Source: Prorocentrum cordatum (Eukaryota). Taken from it: a stretch of 64,000 bases of DNA. The notes beneath the pieces are model-generated. The model was given only the letters and a program-made list of their open reading frames with translations, did no database searches and was not told the origin of the DNA. The stretch is from assembly GCA_963575745.1 (NCBI GenBank), contig CAUYUJ010000225.1, positions 1,302,001 to 1,366,000 of the forward strand. The letters run 5' to 3'. Of this stretch, positions 56,102 through 64,000 are shown in pieces. Positions within the stretch are counted from its first letter, which is position 1; each line of letters begins with the position of its first letter. The position numbers and the translations under genes are program-made.

Positions 56102-57931
56102 CTCCGGCAATCCCATTGGGCTGGCCAGTCCGGCTGGCGCACCGCGCACCCTAGAAACCCACGGGGGAGGAGAATAGGTACGGTTGTGCCGCAAGCTTTG
56201 CGCTAGGCGTGCCTCTGAGGAGCGGATGGGATCGGATCGGATAGACTTGGCAGGAGGAAGCGTCACGCTCCGCAGTGCCGTCTGGCCCCCCTCTTTCGGG
56301 GGGGCGGGGGGGGGGGCAAGGGTGGAGCTTTGAGCTAAAGAAAAAATAGGGGCAGTATGAATATCCCGCCCTGCCCAGCGGTCAAACATCACCCATGCCC
56401 CAACCACCCACCCTGGCGGGGGGGCTCAATACTTGAGCCCCCCTGAGAATACGCGAACCAGTTCCCTCCCCAAGGAGGGAGGAAGGAGAGCGGATGAGGG
56501 AAGGAAGGAAAGAAGGAATCACGAAGAGAGCCAGGATGAGAAGGGGGCAAGGGGAGGAGGCAAATGGTAACATAACGCTTTTCGTATTTCCCGCCTGCGT
56601 CCCTACAGGAGCAAATGTTTGTGTTTGCCCAAGTCAGAGTTGGAGGTGGGGCAGCGTTCCCGAACCCTTCGCTTAGCTGAAGTAATATGCAGCAACCCAC
56701 GCTGCTCGAACATGGGAAGCTGGGAGCTCGGGGAGGGCGCGAAAGATAATCAAAACGTCTGCGGCAATCGTGTCCAATTGCCTAGGCATGGGCGCTGCTT
56801 TTCAGAACCTACGGACCTCTCTAATGGCACGCAAGGGGGCCACTCGATTACACGCGAATCATCCCTTCAATCGTGACATATGCTTGGGAATTGAACTATG
56901 ACCAACGGCACTTCTAGATTCAATCGCTTCCGCTATTACTCCAAAGGTCAATTGTATGCGTACTTCCTGTGGCTCTCTCTCTGCTCTACGTGTACCGTAA
57001 ACCTGGAGATCGTCAACGATACAGGACCAGCCGCGCCTACTGGTCGAATTGAAACTCGAACTGCTGTTACGGATAGACGCATACATACATGAACGTGCCT
57101 ACACCCGGACGACTACAGCATCCCCCGAAACGAAGAAAACTGATCCCGCGCAACTTAAACACATCTGACAAGGCTGAGTCCTGGGCGCCCCGGGAGGGCC
57201 CAACATGGCCCGCGAGAGCCTCAGGGGACCACCGAGACGGGCCAACGGTGGCCCGAGAAGGCCGCAAGACCGAGCAACAGCCTCCGTCGACGGCCCCAGA
57301 GGGCCCAGAGAAGGGCCCCGAAGAGGGACAGGTGAGCGTTTTTTTACTCGGCGTTTCGATATCGGGCGGAAGGGGGGCGGGGAGAGGGGGGATCTGGCTC
57401 CGGACCTCTGCTCAGCGCGACTGGTTGCGACAGTGCGTCCGATGGGGGAGGGACTCCACCTGCTCGAAACCGGCGCCCAAAATAGCCAAGATCTACTCCA
57501 AAGGGGGGGGGAGGGGGAGGGAGGGGGACCCGCGCCGATCGGCAAAACAATGAATCGAAAGCCGATCACCAAGGATGTCCTTCATACGTGTTTGTGAAAT
57601 GCTCGCGCGCTCGTCTTATCCGACTGCAGAGCCTCCACCTCGGCCCAAGACGCCCCAAAGCTCGCCCAACTATAGCCCGCCAGGCGCCCCAGGATCCCAG
57701 GAGGGGCCCAAGACTGCTCATGAAGGCCCCCAGGGGGGTCCGAACAACCTGCGAGAGCTCCAACACGGCCCAATGGGGCTCGGAGGCCGTTCTCCATCCT
57801 TCTCCCCCTTCTCTTCAGCCCCGTCTGCCATCATCCGTACTCTTCTTCGTCCTCTTCTTCTTCCTCCTCCTCCGCCTCCTCCTCCTCCGCCCCATCCTCC
57901 TTAGAGCGGGGAGCGGGTGTCTGCAGCTTGC

Positions 57932-57986
57932 CGTCATCAGCGACATGTACTCCAACGTGACAAAGACCATGCACACGGCTTCCAGC
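57932..57986 (-). CDS. Channel exon, S2: LEAVCMVFVTLEYMSLMT
   Basis: Matches Kv S2 pattern (E.xC..xFT.EY); GAG|G acceptor, CG|GC donor; 55 nt, in frame. Confidence 0.9.
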
Positions 57987-58080
57987 CTCGTAAGGAGGAG
58001 CAGGACAACGACGCGACGAGGGGAAATAAGGAGGCATGGCGTGCCGCTTCGGCGCGTCCTCCAGCAGGATAGCGGCCCTA

Positions 58081-58256
58081 GAGTGGAGACCCATGCCAAG
58101 ACAAACCCTGCTTGCCTCCAGGGTGCCCTGGGTTTCTTGGGCTTCGATGGTTTTGCTGTGGAAAGCGTGACGTTCCCACGACAAAAATCCATGGTCGTCC
58201 TGGGGTCGCAGGGTTGGGTTTCTTGTGGACGGTTTATTGTGGACTGGCCTCCACTG
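58081..58256. mobile_element. Tc1/mariner-type MITE, TA-flanked
   Basis: TA|GAGTGGAGAC ... GCCTCCACTG|TA; inverted copy at 52871-53037. Confidence 0.7.
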
Positions 58257-59153
58257 TAGCGGATTGGTCGTATGCAGGCATCCGCCCATGGTCTCTCGCC
58301 ATCTTGTCTGGATACTGACGGTACCCTTAACTGACGGCAGTGCTTCCCTGCTGGCGCTGGGACTTTGGCGCGACTGCAGTAAGCCAATAGATGCTTCAAC
58401 CTTTCGCGTGCACCTGCTGTTCCAAAGCATGCTCGCGCACCATAACCTCTTAGCCCACTCGGCCTGCTTGGGCACCCATAACAACCATCTAGATAGATTG
58501 CTAACTTCGGTTGAAGGGAAATGAGCTACCCGCCTCTCCCCCGCAATCCAAAGTTGGCACGCTTACGTATCACCACTCGGACACTCAAGCCTGGAAGATC
58601 CGAAGCCAACATTGCACTCGGGGGAGGGGGGGATATTGCAAAAACCATACGTTATGCGTGAGTGCTGCTTAATTGTGTCCGACACATGGGGTTCTTGGTC
58701 CAAAGGGCTCGGTGGCCATTGTTGTGTCGGGCCCGTGCCCTCTGGGGTCGCTCAAGGCGTCCGGTCTGTTGTGACGGTGCTGTGGGGTCGCCTGGGCTCC
58801 AGGTGCCGGGGACTTCGGGGGCCTCCTCGGGGTCGCCCAGGGCGTATCGTTTCGCAGCGCTCTGTCGTGTGATACTATGTTATGCGTTGGTATGTTGTGT
58901 TGTGCGGGGGGAGGGAGGATGATGAAGGGAGGGAGGGATGGAGGAGGAGAGAAGGGGGAAGAGGGAGGGAGGGAGAGAAGGAGGGAGGGGGAAGGGGGGG
59001 GGAGGGATGATGGGGGGTGGGAGGGGGGCGAGGGGGGGGAGGAGGGAGGGGGGAGCGATGGGGGGGGGGGGAATGTTGCTTGATTCTTTCCGACGCCTGC
59101 ATCACGGGGGGCCCGTCCGCTCCCTGCCCGTCGTGTTCCTGCGTGCGGCGGGC

Positions 59154-59203
59154 CTGGGGCACGACCAGACGCCGCCCATGGAGACGATGCCGATCAGGAC
59201 CGC
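59154..59203 (-). CDS. Voltage-gated 6TM channel-like gene, first exon found (C-terminal part of S1): AVLIGIVSMGGVWSCP(R)
   Basis: CAG|G acceptor, AG|GC donor; 50 nt; phase-2 end AG joins the G of the next exon to give Arg; hydrophobic, and precedes S2. Confidence 0.75.
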
Positions 59204-59759
59204 CTGCCGCCGCGGCTCTCCCTCTGCTCCTCCTGCCTCCTGCCCCTCCCCGTGCCCCTCCCTGCTTTACTCCGCCTCCTCGGTCTGCCTCCTCCTCCTC
59301 CTCCTCCTCGTCCTCCTCCTCCCCTCCTCCTCCTCATCATCCGCACCCCTCCCTCCTCCTCCTCAACCATCTATCCCTCCACCCCTCCCTCCCTTTCTGC
59401 CCCCCCTCTCTTTCCTCCTTCTCCCTCTCCTCCTCCTTCTCCTTTTCCTCCTCTTCTTCCTCCTCCTTCTCCTCCTCCTCCTCCCTCGTGCCCCAGGGCC
59501 CTCGGGTCCGAGGAGGGCCCCGGGGCGGGCCGCGCCGCGCGCGCCCGCGCCCGCGCCCGCGGCCGCGGGCCGGGCCCTCAGCCCTTCCGCCCCGGGGCAG
59601 GGGCCCGCCGCCGCCGCTGGTGCCGCCCCGCCGCCGCTCCCGGCCGCCGCCTCCGCCACCCTCTTCCGCCGCTCCTCCTCGGCGCTCCTCCTCGGCGTTC
59701 CTCCTCCTTGGCCTCGCCGCTTCTCCTCGGCGCGCCTCCTCGGCGCCCCTTCCCCTCCT

Positions 59760-62700
59760 CGCGCTAGTGGTGTCCTCGTGCTAGTGTTGTCCTCGCGCTA
59801 GTGCTGACCTCGTGCTAGTGCTGTCCTCGTGCTGTCCTCGTGCCTGTGCTGTCATCGTGCGTCCTCCTGCAGCTGCGCTGTCCTCGCGCTGGTGCCGTAG
59901 TCGTGCTAGGCCGCCGGTTCCAGGCCCAGGGGTGTGAGCCACCAGACCCCTGCGTTAGGCGCGCTGGCTGGCCCGACGACCACCTCAGGCAGCGCTGATG
60001 AGCGTGCGCGCCACCTCGGGGACCACGCAGGTGGCAATGGACCGGTGGAGAGTGCTGAGAGTCTCCTGTCGCACAGGGCCCTCAGGCACTTGCTGCGCGA
60101 GCCATTCCCGGGTGGACTCGCCCGTGGCCCCCGAAACTTCGAAGCCGAGGGGCTGGAAACCAGCGACTCTGCTGTATTTGCGGCGCTTGGCCTGTTCGGC
60201 CAGTCTCGCAGCGGTGCCTTGGGCGTGGGCCCCTCCGGCCTGCAGGCTCTGCTACGAGGCGGGATGCGCGATCGCTAGGTCAATATAAGCCCACTGGCCG
60301 TCGCTGTCGGTGCACCTGAGGTCCGCGCGGAGACCCGGATTGCCCGGCCTGGTGGGCGGGCGAATCCATGGTTCGACTGCGATGTCGCAAATGCCGGCTT
60401 CACGTAGGGCTCGCGCGATGGTGTCGCGCAGGTTGTTGCGGCTCTTTACCATGAAGCCACCATAGGAGCAGCAAAGCGCGTGGCGTCCGTTAGTGTCGAC
60501 GGTGACGGCGCAGAGGGTTCCGTCCTCCTTTCTGAAGGGACAGGGGCCGTCAGCTGCGCGTACGAGACCTCCGAGTGTGTCTCGCGGCCATCCTGAAGTG
60601 GGCGTCAGCGAGGTGGTGGTCGGGCGGAGTAAGCGGCCCGAGCCACGCGCCTGCTCCCTTGCCTGTCGTGCTAAGAGCCCAGGCCCGTTGGTGCGGTTCC
60701 GTCTGGGTGCGTCGTAGCCACTGCGTCCATTCTGCGTGCCGCCTGTGCCTGGTAAAGCGCCGCTGGGTGGTGTCGGGCGGCTCCGCGTCGGGCGCCTGCT
60801 GTGCTGCCTCTTCCTGCGTCAGCGCGTTGACAGCACACTGGAGGCGGTGGAGCGCCGGTCTCAAGCCCGGGCAATAATGGAGAAGGTCATCTCTGTCGCG
60901 GAGGCCCAGTCACTGGAGCACTGGCTTCTCGCAGAGTGCCCACGAGGCCGCCTGAGCATCCAGGCGCGCTGCGCTCGCGCTCTGGAATCCCAAGCCGCCC
61001 AAAGCGACAGGGTGCCAATATTTCTCTTTCTGCTCCGCTGCGAGGTCGTGCGTTTGCACTAGCTCCTCCAGTGTGCTGAGTAGGTCGGCGTCGAGCTGGG
61101 TCGCCGTCTGGGCGGGAACCCCGGTGGTGCGCATGTGCCACGTCATGTCTCCTGCAGTGAGGGTTCGTAGTAGTACCAAAGACGTCTGAACGTCTAGGCC
61201 GGCTTTGTGAAGGTCCATGAGTCTGGCCATGGCAGTCGTCCTCCTGGTTCGTTGGCGTTGTAGTCGCGGCGAGGCGGGTGAGTGCAGGCTGCCTTCCTCG
61301 GCGTGCTGGTCGGCGGTTACCGGCGTCGGTGCCAGGCCGGAGTAGTCGTCGGCGTGTTGCCGTAAGATCGTGGGCTGCTCTACTCGCGGCGCGGGTAGGC
61401 CCGCTGGTATCGCGGCAGGATTCCTCGCCCACGCCTCACATTTGTCGACGCGTGTTTGGAGGCCGGCTTGGCTCAATGCGTTGGTGCAGGCTGCGTATAT
61501 GTTGGGCAGGTCTGCAGGCTTCGCAAGGATGGTGAGGTCGTCGATGTAGCCGAAAAGCTCGTGCTGTATACCTGCTGCGTCGAATGGGTGTTTGGCCCTC
61601 TCGAGGGCTCGGTCGAGTCCGAGGCAGAAGAGCGTGGTGGCCATGCGCACCCCTGGAAGATACCCGTCGTTTGGATCCAGATGCGTCTCCTGCCCCCGGT
61701 GTCGCGGTAGACTACCTGCCCGGCGTCCGGCAGGAAGCCTCTTGCCCATCGGCGGAGTTTTGGGCAGTGAGCATCGATGCCTTCGTTGATGTACACCCTG
61801 CTCAGGTTCTGGAAGGCGTCTGCAGCGTCCCGAGAGAGCACAGCGTAGTCCGGGCGGACGTGGAGGGCAGTGGACACGTGCTTGTGGACCAGTTCCGCCC
61901 CAGCCGTGTGCTTGTACCCGAACTGCTTGCCGCGAAGCCCCTCGGCGACCTCGTCCGCCGCCATTTTGTTGACCGCGTTGGACGCGAGACGGCGGAGCCG
62001 GCTGGCGAGGTTGATGGGGCGGATTCGGGTGGGGCTCTTTGGTGAGCGGGAGGAGGCGGGCGGCCGTCGCTAGTCCCTGCACTTCCTCCGGGAGGGTGCC
62101 GCGCGCTACTGCTGCGGCCACTGTGGCCAGGGCACACGGAACGGACAGGTCAGTTTGGACGAGTTGGAAGTGCTCGTACCGCCACACGTCGGGCCCAGCT
62201 GCGCTTCGATTTGGTGCGGCCCGCAAGGCTTTGGCGAAGTGTAGCTCGAACTGTTGCTGCTCGCCGTCCTGTTCGTCGTAGGCGGCTGGTGGCTGTGGCT
62301 GATGGTGTGGGAAGAGCTGCGGTGCGGCTTGAAGGGTCAACTCGTCTCCAGCAATTTCGAATGCTTCGCGGAGGACTCTCGTCGCTTTGCCCACGGCGCC
62401 TGCCTCCACGAGTTTGCGCGCCGTCATAACGTCGTGCTCTGCGGTAGTTTTCCGCCTGGCGCGCAAAGGAGGTGGGGCGGAGTCAAGGACGGCGCCCCAA
62501 AGCTGCGCTTCGCGGTGCTCCCTGATCTCCGAGGCCCGGCGGAACAGCGCAGTGGTGAGCTGAGCGTTGCCTTTCTTGCCGCCTCGGAGGTTGGCGTGTC
62601 CGAGCAGTAGCTTAGGGAGCATGAACCAACGCTTGGCCGCCTTGGTGATGGACTCCGGGGTGCCGCGGTGGATCTCGTGGGCGAAAACCTTCGTGTGCTC

Positions 62701-64000
62701 CGTTATGATGGCGCCCACCACCCCGCGAGCGTGCGGCGGTATATGGGCGGCCGTGGGCACTGGTAATTGGACCATTTCTGGCGTCCCATTCGGCGTTGGC
62801 GTCGTTGCTGGCGTGCCTGGCCGTGTCGAGTTGGAGCTGCGCGTCGGCTGGCGCAGGCGGCGCCGGCGCGGTGACGACGGCAGCCCATTTGTGTTCAACT
62901 TCTCTTTTGAATACAAAAGGAAGGTCGTCGGCCACTTCCAGGGCAGCGTTGCTGGTCTGGGCGCAGACAAGAGCGCACTCCAAGCAGGCGACGGGGCTCT
63001 GCGGCGCAATGCTTGTGCGACAGCGGATCACCTGCGGCGGTATGATGGAAGTGCACATCGCGCACGTAGCTGCTCTGCCTGTCCGGGGGAGCGTGGCGTA
63101 CCACGTCGCGGCGTCCTCTCGTGGCCGTCGCCGCGATCGTTGCCCGGCAGCGTCGCCTGGTAGGGCGCCAGGCACAGCGGCAGCTGCAGTGCCAGAGCGG
63201 GAGGTTTCGCCAGTTCGTTGCGCCCGAAACCGCCCGTGTCTTGCCTCGAGGGGCCCGTCGTCGGTTGGCGCATTCGTGTCCATATCGTCCGCTGTGGCGG
63301 CCGCGGCCGCGCCAGGGCCTTCCCCGGGGTACCCCAGCGTGCAGTCGAAGCCCAGCTCGCTCCACGTCGCGGCAATTGCAGCTGGCGCCATCCCGTAAGC
63401 TTGGTTCCTCCTGGCCAGCTTTTCGAGCTGCGTCCAAAAGTGGTGACGAGGAACCCGAGGCGTCGGGGCACTCAATGTCGCCGTGGCCAACGTCATCGTG
63501 TAGCTGGCGGCACCGACAGCAGATCCCGTTAGCGCAGCGGCCAGCAGGCAACTAACGAGCAGGACGATCGCGAGAGCGCGCTTCTTGCCATACTTCTGCA
63601 CGAGTCCGCACGCCTTGGAGGGCCTGGCCATGAGGCGCCGCCCGATCGTTAGTACGGCAAGCAGCAGGTCCACAGAGAGACAGGTGAGCACCGCAAGAGC
63701 GCACGTGAGATGGCCTGCGAGGCGCAGCATTGTGAGGGGGATTGGCAGCTGCCGAGTCGGCTCCGGCTGACATCTTGCACTCCCCCGATGGCCGGCGGCA
63801 TTCCATGCCGAGAGTGCCCAGAACAGCAAGGCCGCAAGTACCTGCGACCGTCCGCGGGCGTGCCAGAAGAGGCGCAACGCCCTCTCGGGGACGGTGTAGC
63901 AAGTTCCCCTGGTCCCACCAGTGATTGTGCTGCTGAACGTGGCGCTGCTGGTGTCCGTCGTGCTGGTCAATGTGGTGCCGCTAGTTGCAATGTTGCTGTG
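59760..64000 (-). mobile_element. CRE/SLACS-like non-LTR retrotransposon (RT + zinc knuckle + restriction-like endonuclease), frameshifted; runs off the window end
   Basis: RT motifs across frames: SAAGPDVWRYEH, IRPINL, QFG..GAELVH, D..DAFQ.LSR, GIFQG, GYIDDLTI, P..LGGLG; then GAGAWL, C..HALCC, RNNLRD, RADL..IDLAIAHP, AE.AKRRKY..F.PLGFE..G. Terminal stop 59985-59987; frameshifts near 62780, 62035, 61640 and an internal TAG near 60252. Confidence 0.9.

Noticed and set aside
59575..59750. Possible upstream channel exon (EEERRKRVAEAAAG...GLR|GC)
   Set aside because: Low complexity, no clear acceptor, and joining it to the S1 exon leaves S1 too short; unresolved

Overview
Eukaryotic, GC-rich, microsatellite-saturated DNA that is almost certainly dinoflagellate nuclear genome: GC/GA splice donors and two relic DinoSL spliced-leader copies support this, while a Prorocentrum-like identity is inference only. 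Nearly all ORF-track entries are artefacts of simple repeats. The real gene is hidden: 12 tiny minus-strand exons (36-96 nt, 768 nt total, 59203 down to 5279) splice in frame into a 256-aa S1-S6 voltage-gated channel core. It has a strong S4 (R/K every third residue) but TMGSS in place of the TVGYG K+ filter; its N- and C-terminal exons were not found in the window. Its introns (0.85-20.6 kb) hold decayed copia and LINE fragments, SL-bearing retrocopies, several MITE families, satellites, hairpins and orphan exon-like fragments. From about 59760 to the window end lies a frameshifted CRE/SLACS-like (RT + restriction-like endonuclease) retrotransposon. Its ORF begins with a hydrophobic leader, an FDCTLGYPGEGP motif (possible StopGo/2A-like site) and a PARP-type zinc finger.
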